From the NCBI GenBank assembly GCA_963664015.2, contig CAXXLF010000002.1, positions 1,376,001 through 1,440,000 of the forward strand: a DNA stretch of 64,000 nt. The letters run 5' to 3'. The stretch is from Candidatus Binatia bacterium. GTDB lineage: Bacteria; Desulfobacterota; Binatia; UBA9968; CAXXLF01. Below are positions 34,635 to 46,375 of the stretch, in pieces (within the stretch, counting starts at the first letter, position 1; every line of letters begins with the position of its first letter). The notes under the pieces were generated by a model that worked only from the letters and a program-made list of their open reading frames with translations, had not been told where the DNA came from and did not search any database. The translations under genes and the position numbers were made by a program.

Positions 34635-37600
34635 TTAACCCTGATCATTTTCCACCAGATCAACGTCTAAACACAGGCTCTGGAGTTCTTTGACCATAAC
34701 ATTAAACGATTCGGGCAGACCCGGCTCCAGGAGATTCTCCCCCTTGAATATACCCTCGTACATTCGCGTGCGGCCGGCCACGTCGTCGGACTTCACCGTT
34801 AACATCTCTTGTAGCGTGTAGGCAGCACCATAGGCCTCCAAGGCCCACACCTCCATCTCTCCGAGGCGCTGCCCACCAAACTGGGCCTTGCCGCCAAGGG
34901 GCTGCTGGGTGACCAACGAATAAGGTCCCGTAGACCTGGCATGGATCTTATCGTCGACCAGGTGGTGCAGCTTCATAATGTACATCATGCCCACGGTCAC
35001 CTGCCGATCGAATGCTTGCCCGTTACGCCCGTCATAGAGCGTCGTTTGTCCGGTCTCGGGAAGCCCGGCCTTTTTCAGGAGCTCAAATATTTCGGGTTCC
35101 GTGGCGCCATCGAATACGGGTGAAGCCAACGGAATCCCAAAACGGTACTTTTCTGCCAGGCGAAGCATGTCTTGATCACTCAGTTTGTCGATAAACTCAC
35201 CCACCTCGCGGCTTGGCAAGTAATCTTTCAGCCGCCGGCGCATAGTTCCCACTTCTGCTATTCCATGGTTGTCCAGCCACTCACCGATCTGCTTGCCCAG
35301 CTGATGGCTAGCCCACCCCAAATGGGCCTCCAGGATCTGGCCCACGTTCATTCGGGAAGGTACGCCCAAGGGATTGAGCACGATATCCACCGGCGTCCCA
35401 TCCTCCAGGTAGGGCATGTCGGCTTCGGGCATAATACGAGAAATGACACCTTTATTGCCGTGCCGTCCGGCCATCTTGTCGCCGACCTGGAGCTTGCGCT
35501 TAATGGCCACCAGCACCGTGACCATCTTGATCACCCCGGGCGGAAGCTCGTCACCGCTCTTCAACCGATTGATCTTGTCTTGAAACCCCACCCGGATGAG
35601 CTCGACCTGCTCTATCGTACTGTCCACGATCCGCTTGATCTCATTGTCCGTCGACTCATGAGCCACGCGAAGCTCGCCCCAGTAGGATCTGGGCAGGCTG
35701 TCCAAGTTTTCCTCGGTCAGTTCCTTGCCTTTATTGAGCAGAACCTTCCCATCGTCGTCGGAGATCCGCCCAGCGAGGCTCTTCCCGATGAGGAGCTTTT
35801 TCAGGCGCTTCAGGGCGCCATCCTGGAGGATTAGGATCTCGTCCTGCTGATCCTTCTTGAGCCGCCCAACCTCCTCGTCCTCAATGACCCGGCTGCGCTC
35901 ATCCTTGTCCATCCCTTTGCGGGAAAATATGCGCACACTAGTTACAGTTCCTTCCACTCCCGGGGGAACCCGGAGCGCGGTGTCTCTGACCTCACCGGCC
36001 TTTTCTCCGAAGATCGCCCGCAAGAGCTTTTCCTCCGGCGATAGCTGGCTCTCACCTTTGGGCGTGATCTTGCCAACCAGAATGTCTCCCGGCCCGACCT
36101 CCCCACCAATGCGGATAATCCCGCTTTCGTCGAGGTCCTTGAGGACCTCATCGCCCACATTGGGGATGTCCCGCGTAATCTCTTCCGGCCCGAGCTTGGT
36201 GTCCCTGGAGACACACTCGAACTCCTCGATATGTATCGAGGTGAAGATATCCTCCTTGACGACCCTCTCGCTGATCAAAATCGAATCCTCAAAGTTGTAC
36301 CCACCCCACGGCATCAAGGCGACCATGATATTGCGTCCGAGGGCCAACTCCCCCATCTCCGTAGAGGGGCCGTCAGCGATAACCTCATCGGCCTTCACGT
36401 GGTCTCCCACCTCAACGATGGGCCTCTGGTTGATGCAGGTATTCTGGTTGGAACGTTGAAACTTCACCAGATCATACATATCCACGCCCGTGTCTCGATG
36501 GGAACTATTGGGGCGATCGGCCTTGACGACAATCCGGGTGGAGTCCACACTCTCGACAATACCGTCCCGCTTGGCAATCACCGTAGCCCCAGAGTCCCGC
36601 GCCACAACACTCTCCATCCCCGTACCGACCAGGGGGGCCTCGGTGCGCATCAGAGGAACCGCTTGGCGCTGCATATTGGATCCCATCAGGGCCCGGTTGG
36701 CGTCGTCATTTTCAAGGAAGGGAATCAACGACGCTGCGACGCTCACCAGCTGGTTGGGGGACACGTCCATGTAGTCCACACCTTCAGGTTGTGACATGAC
36801 GAACTCTCCCCCATTTCGTGCGGATACGAGTTCCGAGGTGAAGCTCCCTCGGTTGTCGATGGGGGCATTGGCCTGGGCGATCACGTGATCTTCCTCGTCT
36901 AGGGCCGATAGATAACGGATGCGGTCACTCACGCGCCCCTTTTCTACTTCCCGGTATGGCGTTTCGATGAATCCGAATTCATTGACTCTGGCGTAAGTGG
37001 AAAGCGACGCGATCAAGCCGATGTTCGGTCCCTCCGGCGTCTCAATGGGACACACCCGGCCATAGTGGGTCGGATGAACGTCGCGGACTTCGAACCCGGC
37101 CCGTTCCCGGGTCAATCCCCCAGGACCTAGAGCCGACAACCGCCGTTTGTGAGTGATCTCGGAAAGGGGATTGGTCTGATCCAGAAACTGAGAGAGCTGA
37201 CTGGAGCCGAAAAATTCTTTCAAGGCGGCAGAGACCGGCTTGTAATTGATTATCTCTTGGGGCATGAGGGCGTCGATATCCTGCAGACTCATTTTTTCTT
37301 TGATCGCCCGCTCCATGCGAACCAGCCCCATACGGAAGTGATTCTCGACCAACTCTCCCACCGGGCGGACCCGGCGATTGCCTAGATGGTCGATGTCGTC
37401 CACGTAACCGTTACCGTTCCTGAGCTCGATCAGGTAGCGCACCACTTCTAAAATGTCCTCTTTGCGCAGGGTCCCCTGTTCCAGAGGTACGTTCAGCTTG
37501 AATCGATGGTTCAGTTTGAGGCGTCCCACCTTCGAAAGATCGTAGCGGTCGGCATTGAAAAAGAGATTATTGAAAAAGGTCGTCGCGGTTTCCGCCGTGG

Positions 37601-38750
37601 GCGGGTCGCCGGGCCGCATCCTTCGGTAGATCTCCAGAATCGCTTCCTGAGGTGTATGGAGCTTGTCTTGCGCCAAGGTGTCCCGCAGGTAAGGACCCGT
37701 ATGAGAGTCTTCCATGTAGAGGACTTCGATTTCCGAGATGCCCCGTTCCCGGAGTTGGTCCAACTTTTCCTCGGTTATCTCCTCATTGCACGCCACCAGG
37801 ATCTCTTTGGAATCGGGTGCTACGATATCGTGGGCGGCCACACGTCCGATCACGTCTTCAATGGCAATGGGAAAGTGTTTGATCTTCGCGCTTCCCATTT
37901 GGCGAATCAGAGCACGGGTGAGCTTCTTTCCCTCTTTTACGATCAATTCGTTGGTCTTGGGATCGCGAACCTCACGCCCGGGCTTGACTCCCATGAGATG
38001 GTCCGGCTGAAACACCAACGCGGACTTGCGTCCATCGAGAACGATGGTATCGGTCTTGTAATAATAATTGAGAAGATCTTCAGTCGTCATTCCCAAGGCA
38101 CGGAGCAACACGGTCACGGGGAATTTACGCCTGCGGTCGATGCGCACGTAGAGGATGTCACGGGGATCAAATTCAAAATCCAACCACGATCCACGGTAAG
38201 GAATAATGCGCGCCGAGTAGAGCAGCTTGCCGCTTGAATGGGTTTTTCCCTTATCGTGTTCAAAAAAGACACCGGGAGAACGATGGAGCTGACTGACAAT
38301 AACCCGCTCTGTCCCATTGACCATAAACGTGCCGTTTTTGGTCATCAATGGGATTTCGCCGAAATAAACTTCCTGCTCTTTGATGTTCCGAATGCTGCAG
38401 TCACCGGACTGGGGGTCCACGTCCCACAGAACCATCTGCACGGTCACCTTGAGCGGGGCAGCAAAGGTCATTCCTCGCTGGTGGCATTCCTCGACGTCGT
38501 ATTTGGGCTCGCCCAGGTTGTAGTGAACAAACTCCAAGGAAGCTGTATCGTTAAAATCCTTAATCGGGAATACGGACTTGAAGACGCCGTGAAGCCCTAG
38601 ATTTTGACGGTGATCGAGCTCAGTATCTTTCTGCAGAAAAAGGTCATAGGAATTCTTCTGGATTTCAATCAAGTACGGAAGATCGATAATTTTCTTTATT
38701 CTTCCAAAATTGCGGCGGAATCTTAAATTATTAGCCACATGGCTAGCCAT
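34635..38750 (-). CDS. rpoB: RNA polymerase beta subunit
   Basis: [35 protein letters not shown]; ATG at 38750 with GGAG RBS. Confidence 0.99.
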   Translation of the reverse strand: MASHVANNLRFRRNFGRIKKIIDLPYLIEIQKNSYDLFLQKDTELDHRQNLGLHGVFKSVFPIKDFNDTASLEFVHYNLGEPKYDVEECHQRGMTFAAPLKVTVQMVLWDVDPQSGDCSIRNIKEQEVYFGEIPLMTKNGTFMVNGTERVIVSQLHRSPGVFFEHDKGKTHSSGKLLYSARIIPYRGSWLDFEFDPRDILYVRIDRRRKFPVTVLLRALGMTTEDLLNYYYKTDTIVLDGRKSALVFQPDHLMGVKPGREVRDPKTNELIVKEGKKLTRALIRQMGSAKIKHFPIAIEDVIGRVAAHDIVAPDSKEILVACNEEITEEKLDQLRERGISEIEVLYMEDSHTGPYLRDTLAQDKLHTPQEAILEIYRRMRPGDPPTAETATTFFNNLFFNADRYDLSKVGRLKLNHRFKLNVPLEQGTLRKEDILEVVRYLIELRNGNGYVDDIDHLGNRRVRPVGELVENHFRMGLVRMERAIKEKMSLQDIDALMPQEIINYKPVSAALKEFFGSSQLSQFLDQTNPLSEITHKRRLSALGPGGLTRERAGFEVRDVHPTHYGRVCPIETPEGPNIGLIASLSTYARVNEFGFIETPYREVEKGRVSDRIRYLSALDEEDHVIAQANAPIDNRGSFTSELVSARNGGEFVMSQPEGVDYMDVSPNQLVSVAASLIPFLENDDANRALMGSNMQRQAVPLMRTEAPLVGTGMESVVARDSGATVIAKRDGIVESVDSTRIVVKADRPNSSHRDTGVDMYDLVKFQRSNQNTCINQRPIVEVGDHVKADEVIADGPSTEMGELALGRNIMVALMPWGGYNFEDSILISERVVKEDIFTSIHIEEFECVSRDTKLGPEEITRDIPNVGDEVLKDLDESGIIRIGGEVGPGDILVGKITPKGESQLSPEEKLLRAIFGEKAGEVRDTALRVPPGVEGTVTSVRIFSRKGMDKDERSRVIEDEEVGRLKKDQQDEILILQDGALKRLKKLLIGKSLAGRISDDDGKVLLNKGKELTEENLDSLPRSYWGELRVAHESTDNEIKRIVDSTIEQVELIRVGFQDKINRLKSGDELPPGVIKMVTVLVAIKRKLQVGDKMAGRHGNKGVISRIMPEADMPYLEDGTPVDIVLNPLGVPSRMNVGQILEAHLGWASHQLGKQIGEWLDNHGIAEVGTMRRRLKDYLPSREVGEFIDKLSDQDMLRLAEKYRFGIPLASPVFDGATEPEIFELLKKAGLPETGQTTLYDGRNGQAFDRQVTVGMMYIMKLHHLVDDKIHARSTGPYSLVTQQPLGGKAQFGGQRLGEMEVWALEAYGAAYTLQEMLTVKSDDVAGRTRMYEGIFKGENLLEPGLPESFNVMVKELQSLCLDVDLVENDQG

Positions 38751-38830
38751 AGGCACTCCTCTCAAAAGGGTTGAATCAAATTGTTAGACCAAACGGATAT
38801 ATTCCGTCACTACAAAGTGATCGGTCTAGG

Positions 38831-39208
38831 CTATTTGATTTCCGCCTTACCGCCCGCCTCTTCGACCTTCTTCTTAACGGCTTCGGCCTCATCTTTGGGA
38901 ACACCTTCCTTGAGAGCCTTGGGCGCACCATCAACGAGATCCTTGGCCTCTTTCAATCCCAGGCTAGTCAACTCACGGACAACCTTGATCACCTGGATCT
39001 TTTTCTCACCGCTGTCAGTTAACATGACGGTGAATTCGGTCTGCTCCTCAGCAGCCACCGCGGCGTCTACCGGCGCTGCCGCCATGGCCATGGGAGCGGC
39101 CGCACTGACACCCAACTCATCTTCCAGCTCCTTGACTAATGCCGCAGCCTCCAACAGGCTCATATTCTTGATGTAGTCCTTGACCTGGTCACGACTCATT
39201 GCTTCCAT
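38831..39208 (-). CDS. rplL: 50S ribosomal protein L7/L12
   Basis: Ala-rich hinge, KI.VIKVVRE.T.LGLKEAK. Confidence 0.98.
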   Translation of the reverse strand: MEAMSRDQVKDYIKNMSLLEAAALVKELEDELGVSAAAPMAMAAAPVDAAVAAEEQTEFTVMLTDSGEKKIQVIKVVRELTSLGLKEAKDLVDGAPKALKEGVPKDEAEAVKKKVEEAGGKAEIK

Positions 39209-39251
39209 AAACGCGTACCCCCTTTAACCGATATAAAGACAAACTATAGAC

Positions 39252-39773
39252 TTACTGTTCCGGTTTACTCTTGCGCACCGTATCCAGAAGACGCACCACC
39301 CTTGCGCCCGGCTCCTGGATCAACCGCACGAGTTGAGTTGCTGGTGCCTGCATAAGCGCTAGAAGCTTGGCCTGGAGTTGCTCACGACTCGGCATCTTGG
39401 CCAAGTCTTTCACTTTCTCCGGTTCCAAGAACTCGCCTTCCAAGACACCGCCCTTGATTTTGAGCATCCCGTGGTGTTCGGAGAACTTGACCAGGGCCTT
39501 GGAAAGACTCACTGGATCCTGATAGGAAAAGACCCACCCATTGGGGCCCTTGAGAAGAGGCTCCAACACGGCAAACTCACCATCCTTCATCGCGATCCGC
39601 ACCAGGGTGTTCTTGATGACCTTGTACTCCCCGTCGGCACCATACATTTCACGGCGCAGTTCGGCCATTTGCCCTACGGTTAAACCCCGGTACTCGGTCA
39701 AGATCGCCATCTTGGCAGCGTCGAACTTACCCTTAACAGCGGCGACGTTTTCACTTTTTTGCTCTCGATTCAA
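39252..39773 (-). CDS. rplJ: 50S ribosomal protein L10
   Basis: EYRGLTV, KVIKNTL, LAKMPSRE; TTG start with AGGAGG RBS. Confidence 0.97.
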   Translation of the reverse strand: MNREQKSENVAAVKGKFDAAKMAILTEYRGLTVGQMAELRREMYGADGEYKVIKNTLVRIAMKDGEFAVLEPLLKGPNGWVFSYQDPVSLSKALVKFSEHHGMLKIKGGVLEGEFLEPEKVKDLAKMPSREQLQAKLLALMQAPATQLVRLIQEPGARVVRLLDTVRKSKPEQ

Positions 39774-39800
39774 AAGCGTATCCTCCTGAACTCAACAGGG

Positions 39801-40505
39801 CTATGCGGACATTCCCTGAACCAATGCTGGATCAACCTTAATGCCCGGCCCCATGGTCGCTGAAAGAGCAACCCCGCGTATGTAGCTACCTTTTGACGAC
39901 GCCGGCTTAGCCCGCACCAGGGATGCAAGCACTGTCTTGACGTTTTCAAGGAGCTGTTCCTCCGAAAAAGAGACCTTTCCCAAAGGTAGGTGAACGTTGC
40001 CCGCCTTGTCGACTCTGAACTCCAGCTTACCGGCCTTGAGCTCCTGTACGGCCTTGCCTATTTCTATGGATACGGTGCCAGCCTTGGGATTGGGCATAAG
40101 GCCTCGAGGGCCCAGAATTTTTCCAATCCTTCCAACCGCTGCCATCATGTCGGGCGTGGCTACTGTCTTATCAAAGTCCAACCAACCCTCACCGATCTTT
40201 TTGACCAGGTCCTCCCCGCCTACAAAATCCGCACCAGCCTCCTGGGCTTCTTTCTCCTTGTCACCCTTGGCAAAGGCCAGAACCCGCACCGGCTTGCCCA
40301 TTCCATGGGGCAGCATCACCGTCCCACGAATGTTCTGATCCGCCTGCCGGGGATCTACGCCGAGTCTCACGGCCAACTCCACCGTCTCATCAAACTTGAC
40401 CCGCGCCGTGTCCCGGACCAGATGAAGGGCTTCCTCTAATGTATACTTTCGAGTTCGATCGACCTTGGCCACTGCTGCACGATATGATTTTGCTCCAGCT
40501 TTCAC
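39801..40505 (-). CDS. rplA: 50S ribosomal protein L1
   Basis: [23 protein letters not shown]; GTG at 40505 follows GAGGAG. Confidence 0.97.
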   Translation of the reverse strand: MKAGAKSYRAAVAKVDRTRKYTLEEALHLVRDTARVKFDETVELAVRLGVDPRQADQNIRGTVMLPHGMGKPVRVLAFAKGDKEKEAQEAGADFVGGEDLVKKIGEGWLDFDKTVATPDMMAAVGRIGKILGPRGLMPNPKAGTVSIEIGKAVQELKAGKLEFRVDKAGNVHLPLGKVSFSEEQLLENVKTVLASLVRAKPASSKGSYIRGVALSATMGPGIKVDPALVQGMSA

Positions 40506-40516
40506 AGTACTCCTCA

Positions 40517-40942
40517 CTAATCGACGATTTCTAAACCCAAACTCTTTGCCGTCCCCTCCACCGACTTCTCAGCCCCATCCAGATCCCGAGCGGTAAGATC
40601 GGCCAATTTGAGTTGTCCAATTTCTCGGATCTGGGCTCGGGTGACCTTTCCCACCGTTTGCTTCCCTGGCTCCTTCGATCCCTTTTCGATTCCCGCGGCC
40701 TTCTTCAGCAGCACCGACGCCGGGGGAGTCTTAGTGATAAAGGTAAAGGATTTGTCCGCATAAACCGTGATCACCACGGGGGTAACCATTTCCTGCTGCG
40801 ATTGGGTGGCGGCATTGAACGCCTTGCAGAAATCCATGATGTTGACCCCTCGCTGGCCCAGGGCAGGGCCCACCGGGGGGCTCGGATTGGCCTGACCCGC
40901 AGGGATCTGTAACTTTATTTCTCCAATAACTTTCTTAGCCAT
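40517..40942 (-). CDS. rplK: 50S ribosomal protein L11
   Basis: [25 protein letters not shown]. Confidence 0.98.
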   Translation of the reverse strand: MAKKVIGEIKLQIPAGQANPSPPVGPALGQRGVNIMDFCKAFNAATQSQQEMVTPVVITVYADKSFTFITKTPPASVLLKKAAGIEKGSKEPGKQTVGKVTRAQIREIGQLKLADLTARDLDGAEKSVEGTAKSLGLEIVD

Positions 40943-41003
40943 AATTCAAATCAACCCTGTATAACGTTAAGTCCTTGTAAAGGGTTCAAGCTCTGGGACG
41001 TCT

Positions 41004-41534
41004 TCAACTTCGTTCCACTTGAACAAAATCCAACTCCACCGGCGTAGCCCGTCCGAAGATGCTGATGAGAACCCTAAGCTTGCCCTTTTCCGGTCGTACG
41101 TCCTCTACCACTCCGTTGAAGTCCGAAAACGGGCCGTCGACCACTTTGACATTCTCCCCTACCGAATAGATCACCCGAGGTCGGGGCTTCGCTGCCCCCT
41201 CTTCCATCTGCTGGGTGATTTCTAGAATCCCCTCATCGCTTACCGACGGCGGGTTCGTCCCCCCGCCTACGAACCCGGTGACCTTGGGGGTTCCCTTGAC
41301 CACGTGCCACGTCTCGTCGGTGAGCTCCATTTGCACAAGGATGTAACCAGGAAAGAACTTTCTCGATGAGGTTTTCTTCTTTCCCTTGACGAGTTCGACG
41401 ACCGTCTCTACTGGCACCAGTATTTCACCGAACTGATCCTGTTGGCCCAGGGCCTTGATTCGTTCCGTCAAGGCCGCCTTGGCCTTGTGCTCGAAGCCGG
41501 AAAACGTATGCACCACGTACCATTTCTTCGCCAT
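41004..41534 (-). CDS. nusG: Transcription factor NusG
   Basis: WYVVHT.SG.E, FPGY, GPF.DF.G, IFGRATPVEL. Confidence 0.98.
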   Translation of the reverse strand: MAKKWYVVHTFSGFEHKAKAALTERIKALGQQDQFGEILVPVETVVELVKGKKKTSSRKFFPGYILVQMELTDETWHVVKGTPKVTGFVGGGTNPPSVSDEGILEITQQMEEGAAKPRPRVIYSVGENVKVVDGPFSDFNGVVEDVRPEKGKLRVLISIFGRATPVELDFVQVERS

Positions 41535-41564
41535 TTTAGGGGACCTATTCGTCGTTAAGTAAGG

Positions 41565-41783
41565 TTAACTTCTGAGCAGCGCCTGCACCGCCTGAGTCAG
41601 GCCGTAATCCACCACGGCTAGATACAGAGCAACCAGTAAAACAAAGACCACCACCACCGATGTTGCTGCATAGGTTTCCTTGCGCGTCGGCCAGTGGACC
41701 CGTTTGAGCTCCTGCCAAGCCTCCTTAAAAAAAGTAACGGCTGGCTGAATACTAGCCTGGACCTTCCCCATCCCTTCTCCCAT
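41565..41783 (-). CDS. secE: Preprotein translocase SecE
   Basis: ELKRVHWPTRKE followed by a single TM segment; ATG at 41783 downstream of tRNA-Trp. Confidence 0.93.
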   Translation of the reverse strand: MGEGMGKVQASIQPAVTFFKEAWQELKRVHWPTRKETYAATSVVVVFVLLVALYLAVVDYGLTQAVQALLRS

Positions 41784-41805
41784 CAACCTACCTAACGCGA
41801 CAATA

Positions 41806-41883
41806 TGGCGGGTCAGGCAGGACTCGAACCTGCAACAACCGGATTTGGAGTCCGGCGCTCTAACCAATTGGAGCTACTGACCC
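41806..41883 (-). tRNA. tRNA-Trp (CCA)
   Basis: Cloverleaf GGGTCAG...CCGGA-CT-CCA-AA-TCCGG...TTCGAGT...CCA. Confidence 0.95.
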
Positions 41884-41898
41884 GGAATCTCCTCACTG

Positions 41899-42051
41899 CT
41901 ACACTTTAATTTCTTTGTGCACCGTATGGGCGCGACAGGAAGGACAGAATTTTTTAAAGGCCAACTTGTCTGTAGTCTTCTTCTTGTTTTTCGATCCAGT
42001 GTAATTTTTCCCCTTGCACTGGTCACAAGCAAAGCCAATGAGATCCCGCAT
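41899..42051 (-). CDS. rpmG: 50S ribosomal protein L33 (Zn-binding; below ORF-track cutoff)
   Basis: Manual translation MRDLIGFACDQCKGKNYTGSKNKKKTTDKLAFKKFCPSCRAHTVHKEIKV. Confidence 0.96.
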   Translation of the reverse strand: MRDLIGFACDQCKGKNYTGSKNKKKTTDKLAFKKFCPSCRAHTVHKEIKV

Positions 42052-42074
42052 AATCCCCTCTCTACTCCGTAAAC

Positions 42075-43265
42075 TTACGCTATAATCTTAGTCACGACTC
42101 CGGCCCCAACGGTCCGACCGCCCTCGCGGATAGCGAAGCGGAGCCCTTCTTCCATGGCGACGGGGTTAATCAAACTGATCTCCATGGTCACATTGTCTCC
42201 GGGCATAATCATCTCGGTCCCTTCGGGAAGTTTCACGACACCCGTAACGTCGGTGGTTCGGATGTAGAACTGGGGCCGGTATCCGTTAAAAAACGGGGTG
42301 TGCCGCCCTCCCTCTTCCTTGGTCAGGACGTAGGACTCCGCATTGAACTGGGTGTGCGGGGTAATACTACCGGGTTTGGACAGGACCTGGCCGCGTTCCA
42401 CATCCTCGCGCTTCAAACCGCGGAGCAGGACTCCGACGTTGTCTCCGGCGCGGCCTTCGTCGAGAAGCTTGCGAAACATCTCAACACCTGTCGCTATCGT
42501 CTTTACGGTGTCCTTGAATCCGACGATTTCCACCTCATCGCCGACTTTGACAACGCCCCTTTCGATTCTTCCCGTTACCACTGTCCCACGCCCGCTGATG
42601 GTAAAGACATCTTCCACGGGCATTATGAACGGCTTGTCAATAACGCGCACGGGCTCGGGGATGTAACTGTCCACAGCGTCCATCAACTTCATGACGGCGG
42701 CTTCTCCCATGTCGCTTCCATCCCCTTCAGAGGCTTTCAGTGCGCTGCCGACTACAATAGGGATATCATCGCCGGGGAATTTGTATTTGGACAGGAGCTC
42801 TCTAACTTCCAACTCGACGAGCTCGAGCAGCTCCGAATCGTCGACCATATCGGCCTTGTTGAGAAAGACCACGATGGAGGGAACGCCAACCTGGCGCGCC
42901 AATAGGATATGTTCACGTGTCTGGGGCATAGGTCCGTCAGCTGCCGAGACAACCAAAATGGCACCATCCATCTGGGCCGCACCGGTGATCATGTTTTTAA
43001 CGTAGTCTGCGTGACCGGGACAGTCCACGTGGGCGTAGTGTCTCTTTTCGGTCTCGTACTCCACGTGGGAGATGTTGATGGTCAGCCCTCTTTCCTTTTC
43101 CTCTGGAGCCTTGTCGATCTGATCGTAGGCCAAACCTTGGGCCCATCCTTTTTTCTCAAGGACTTTGGTAATCGCCATGGTGAGCGTTGTCTTTCCATGG
43201 TCCACGTGACCGATGGTCCCAATATTGAGGTGAGGCTTCTTCCTCTCAAACTTCTGTTTACTCAT
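42075..43265 (-). CDS. tuf: Elongation factor Tu
   Basis: [31 protein letters not shown]. Confidence 0.99.
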   Translation of the reverse strand: MSKQKFERKKPHLNIGTIGHVDHGKTTLTMAITKVLEKKGWAQGLAYDQIDKAPEEKERGLTINISHVEYETEKRHYAHVDCPGHADYVKNMITGAAQMDGAILVVSAADGPMPQTREHILLARQVGVPSIVVFLNKADMVDDSELLELVELEVRELLSKYKFPGDDIPIVVGSALKASEGDGSDMGEAAVMKLMDAVDSYIPEPVRVIDKPFIMPVEDVFTISGRGTVVTGRIERGVVKVGDEVEIVGFKDTVKTIATGVEMFRKLLDEGRAGDNVGVLLRGLKREDVERGQVLSKPGSITPHTQFNAESYVLTKEEGGRHTPFFNGYRPQFYIRTTDVTGVVKLPEGTEMIMPGDNVTMEISLINPVAMEEGLRFAIREGGRTVGAGVVTKIIA

Positions 43266-43383
43266 CCTTTTCTCCTAATCCTCCTAAAGGTAATCGTCCC
43301 ATTTCAAAAATCCCTCACGTCAGTTCTAAAAGTTTCACTTCTTATCAACTCGGCACTCGTGTCAAAAGGGTCCTTCAAGTCAA

Positions 43384-43456
43384 AGCCCAGGAGCGGGCTT
43401 GAACCGCCGACCTCGTCCTTACCAAGGACGTGCTCTACCAACTGAGCTACCTGGGC
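43384..43456 (-). tRNA. tRNA-Thr (GGT), no encoded CCA
   Basis: GCCCAGG...CGTCC-TT-GGT-AA-GGACG...CCTGGGCT. Confidence 0.93.
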
Positions 43457-43480
43457 ACAACGAACGATCCAAGGTAAGAC

Positions 43481-43557
43481 TGGAGCGGGAAACGGGATTC
43501 GAACCCGCGACCCCGAGCTTGGAAGGCTCGTGCTCTAGCCAGCTGAGCTATTCCCGC
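43481..43557 (-). tRNA. tRNA-Gly (TCC)
   Basis: GCGGGAA...CGAGC-CT-TCC-AA-GCTCG...TCCA. Confidence 0.95.
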
Positions 43558-43627
43558 CAGACTCACCAAACCAACCAAATGATATAAAAAGCCCTGTCCG
43601 AACGGCTCGTATCCTACGCCCTTTAAA

Positions 43628-43713
<86 letters not shown>

Positions 43714-43769
43714 GCGTTAGCCAATTACCTCAATCTGCCAAACGTCGACCCAACATTTTAAAAACAATC

Positions 43770-43844
43770 TGGAGCTGGCGATAGGAATTGAACCTACAAC
43801 CTGCTGATTACAAATCAGCTGCTCTCCCATTGAGCTACGCCAGC
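43770..43844 (-). tRNA. tRNA-Thr (TGT)
   Basis: GCTGGCG...GCTGA-TT-TGT-AA-TCAGC...TCCA. Confidence 0.95.
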
Positions 43845-44002
43845 TTCGGAGGAAAAAATACACCCGCACAATTTCCCCACCATGCCTAGAAAATGGCCAC
43901 GGCGAAGCTAAACACAACTATACAATGATGTATCCTTAGTCGCTATGACGAAAGATCAAGTATAAAGAGTACTTACCCCTTGTGCCACCTTTGCAATCTT
44001 TT

Positions 44003-44032
44003 ATAATAGTCATTAATTCCAAAAAATGTCAA
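44003..44032 (-). promoter_or_regulatory. Putative sigma70 promoter for the tRNA-tuf operon
   Basis: Minus strand TTGACA-18 nt-TATTAT, overlapping the rlmB stop. Confidence 0.5.
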
Positions 44033-44814
44033 CTGTTTGCACCACTTTTTTTCTGCCGCACCAATTCGTAGATGAACATCCCCCCGGAAACGGAGACATT
44101 TAGAGATGCGATTTTACCACTCATGGGGATGGTAACTATAAAATCGCACTCGGTACGGACCAGGGGGCGAATACCTTCCCCTTCACTTCCCAGGACAACG
44201 ACCAATTTTTCAGGATAGATTCTGCGTCCGATCTCTTCCCCCTCCTCTGCGGCCAGTCCCACAACCCAGTAGTCGCGCTCCTTGAGATCGGCCAGAGCGC
44301 GCCTCAGGTTGGTTACCCGATAGATCCGCACATAGGCTACCGCCCCTGCCGAAGCTTTGATAACCGTCGGGGTCACACCGACGGAGCGGTCCTTAAGAAT
44401 AATAATGTCCCGCACCCCCATGCCCTCTGCGGTTCGAATCAGGCTACCAAAGTTCTGCGGATCCGTAATCCCATCCAGGGCCAAGATCCATTGGGGATCA
44501 GGGGTCTGGGATAATCCCGATAAGAGTTTGGCAAAATCCGTATAGTCGGCCTGGGCGACCTTGGCGACAACTCCCTGGTGCCTCTCGCCCCCGGCCAAAC
44601 GGTTCAAGACCCTGACGTCGACGGTGTCCACCCTGACGCCCCAACGCCGGGCGGTTTCCTGAACGGCCTTGAGGGCCTTCCCCCTGGCACCTCGAGCCAT
44701 TAGGATCTCAGATACATCCTCATGAGACTCGTTGAGCCGTTCCAGAACGGGATGAATCCCGAACAGGATGGAAGTTTTTTCATCTTTTTGTGTCAATGAC
44801 TCGCCAGAACTCAT
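44029..44814 (-). CDS. rlmB: 23S rRNA (G2251-2'-O)-methyltransferase, SPOUT family
   Basis: HQGVVA, LDGITDPQNFGSLIR, GSEGEG, IPM.G...SLNVS. Confidence 0.92.
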   Translation of the reverse strand: MSSGESLTQKDEKTSILFGIHPVLERLNESHEDVSEILMARGARGKALKAVQETARRWGVRVDTVDVRVLNRLAGGERHQGVVAKVAQADYTDFAKLLSGLSQTPDPQWILALDGITDPQNFGSLIRTAEGMGVRDIIILKDRSVGVTPTVIKASAGAVAYVRIYRVTNLRRALADLKERDYWVVGLAAEEGEEIGRRIYPEKLVVVLGSEGEGIRPLVRTECDFIVTIPMSGKIASLNVSVSGGMFIYELVRQKKSGANS

Positions 44815-44870
44815 TCCAAGTATATTACAAACTTTTTTTCACCAGATAAACCAGATAACATGGGTTCACA

Positions 44871-46049
44871 GTGAAACGCACCCTCAGCCTTTACGTGATC
44901 TCCGAGATCCTGACCCCCTTCTTGCTGGGTCTCATGGCCTTCACCTTTGTTCTACTCACGGCTCGGATCCTCAAACTCGTCGAGCTCTTGATCACCCGGG
45001 GAGTTCCGTTTTTACAGATCGGCAAGCTCTTCACCCTCATCCTGCCCACCTTCCTGGAGATGACGTTGCCCATGGCGCTCTTGCTCGGTATCCTCATGGG
45101 ATTGTCTACATTGTCCAGTGATCAGGAAATTCTCGCCTTCAAGGCATGCGGCGTCAGCCCGCTTCAAATCCTGCTACCCATCGGGACCGTGGCCCTGTTC
45201 GTTTCCCTGTTTACCTTAATGATCAGCACACACGTGGGCCCCGCCGCCAATCTTGCCCTCAAGAAGGAACTCTACAACATAGCCAAGACCCGTGTGGGAG
45301 CAGCACTCAAAGAAAAGGTCTTTAACGATGACTTCCCCAAGGTGCTGATCTACGTGGAGGAGGTGATTCCTCCCGGCAACACGTCTCAAGGAGTCCTCAT
45401 TGTAGACCGTCGCGATCCCGTGCGGGAAAATATCATATTCGGCAAAATGGCGATTTTCTTGTCTGATGATAATTCGGAGGCACTGAGCTTGAAGATTTTT
45501 GACGGCGTCCTGCACGAAAGAGAAAAAAACCAGCCGGACTTTAGCCAGACCCATTTCAGCACCTATCACTTCAAGCTCGAACTCGATCAAGCTTTCAATC
45601 TGGTACGGAAAAAGGGAGAAAAGCCCAAAGAGATGTCCCTTCGTCAACTGGGACGTTCCATCCGGAGCAAGGAGGCTCAGGGGCTCAAACCCACTGCCGA
45701 ACTCATTGAACTGCATCAGAGATTCTCTTTTCCTTTTGCCCCCCTGGTTTTCTGTATTCTTGGAGTCGCTTTGGTTATGATCCCAACGGGATCCCGTGGG
45801 GGGCGTTTCTGGGGTCTTGTTTCCTGCCTATTCTGGTTGCTTCTCTATTATACTTTATTTTCCGCTGGGCGCGCCCTGGCGGAGAAAGAGATACTGGCTC
45901 CATCCCTTGCCATGTGGCTCCCCAACATCGTCATCGGCCTGATCGCCATTTATATTTTTCAAAAGGCAATGAGGGAATCTCCTCCCCTGTTAGAGGTAAT
46001 TTGGCAAAAGGGTTCAGCCTTTTGGAGTCGGAGATTCACCTCCCAGTAA
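44871..46049 (+). CDS. lptF: LPS export ABC transporter permease LptF
   Basis: TLSLYV..EI..PF, LSSDQE..A..ACGVS, 3 TM + soluble domain + 3 TM, WLPN. Confidence 0.9.
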   Translation: MKRTLSLYVISEILTPFLLGLMAFTFVLLTARILKLVELLITRGVPFLQIGKLFTLILPTFLEMTLPMALLLGILMGLSTLSSDQEILAFKACGVSPLQILLPIGTVALFVSLFTLMISTHVGPAANLALKKELYNIAKTRVGAALKEKVFNDDFPKVLIYVEEVIPPGNTSQGVLIVDRRDPVRENIIFGKMAIFLSDDNSEALSLKIFDGVLHEREKNQPDFSQTHFSTYHFKLELDQAFNLVRKKGEKPKEMSLRQLGRSIRSKEAQGLKPTAELIELHQRFSFPFAPLVFCILGVALVMIPTGSRGGRFWGLVSCLFWLLLYYTLFSAGRALAEKEILAPSLAMWLPNIVIGLIAIYIFQKAMRESPPLLEVIWQKGSAFWSRRFTSQ

Positions 46050-46073
46050 AGGAGGCGTTTTTAAAATGGCCCA

Positions 46074-46375
46074 TGGACTCCATAATATGGAGAGGGACCG
46101 TTCATGACCAAAGCTGATCTAATTGAATCTGCAACCAACAAATCGGGACTCCCCAGGCAGAGTGTTGAGAATATCATTAATGATGTTTTCAACGGCATAA
46201 CAGCTGCATTAAAAAGCGGAGATAAGGTGAATATCTCCGGATTTGGAACGTTTTCGATTTCCCAACGTAAGGCAAGGACTGGGAGAAATCCCAAAACTGG
46301 AGAATCGATTCAGATTACTGCTTCTCGTGCTGCAAAATTTAAGGCTGGTAAGGGTTTAAAAGAATCCCTCGCCTG
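46074..46375 (+). repeat. Copy of hup (30-nt leader plus CDS), inverted relative to 49791-50092
   Basis: Manual alignment: 8 mismatches in 270 coding nt, 3 in the 30-nt leader; stop TGA reads TGG. Confidence 0.95.

Noticed and set aside
30488-38765. rpoB-rpoC fusion or intein
   Set aside because: rpoB has its own TAA at 34635, rpoC has an AGGAGG RBS, and both are normal length with no intein motifs seen.
41784-41867. N-terminal extension of SecE in the ORF track
   Set aside because: It overlaps tRNA-Trp; the ATG at 41783 is the plausible start.
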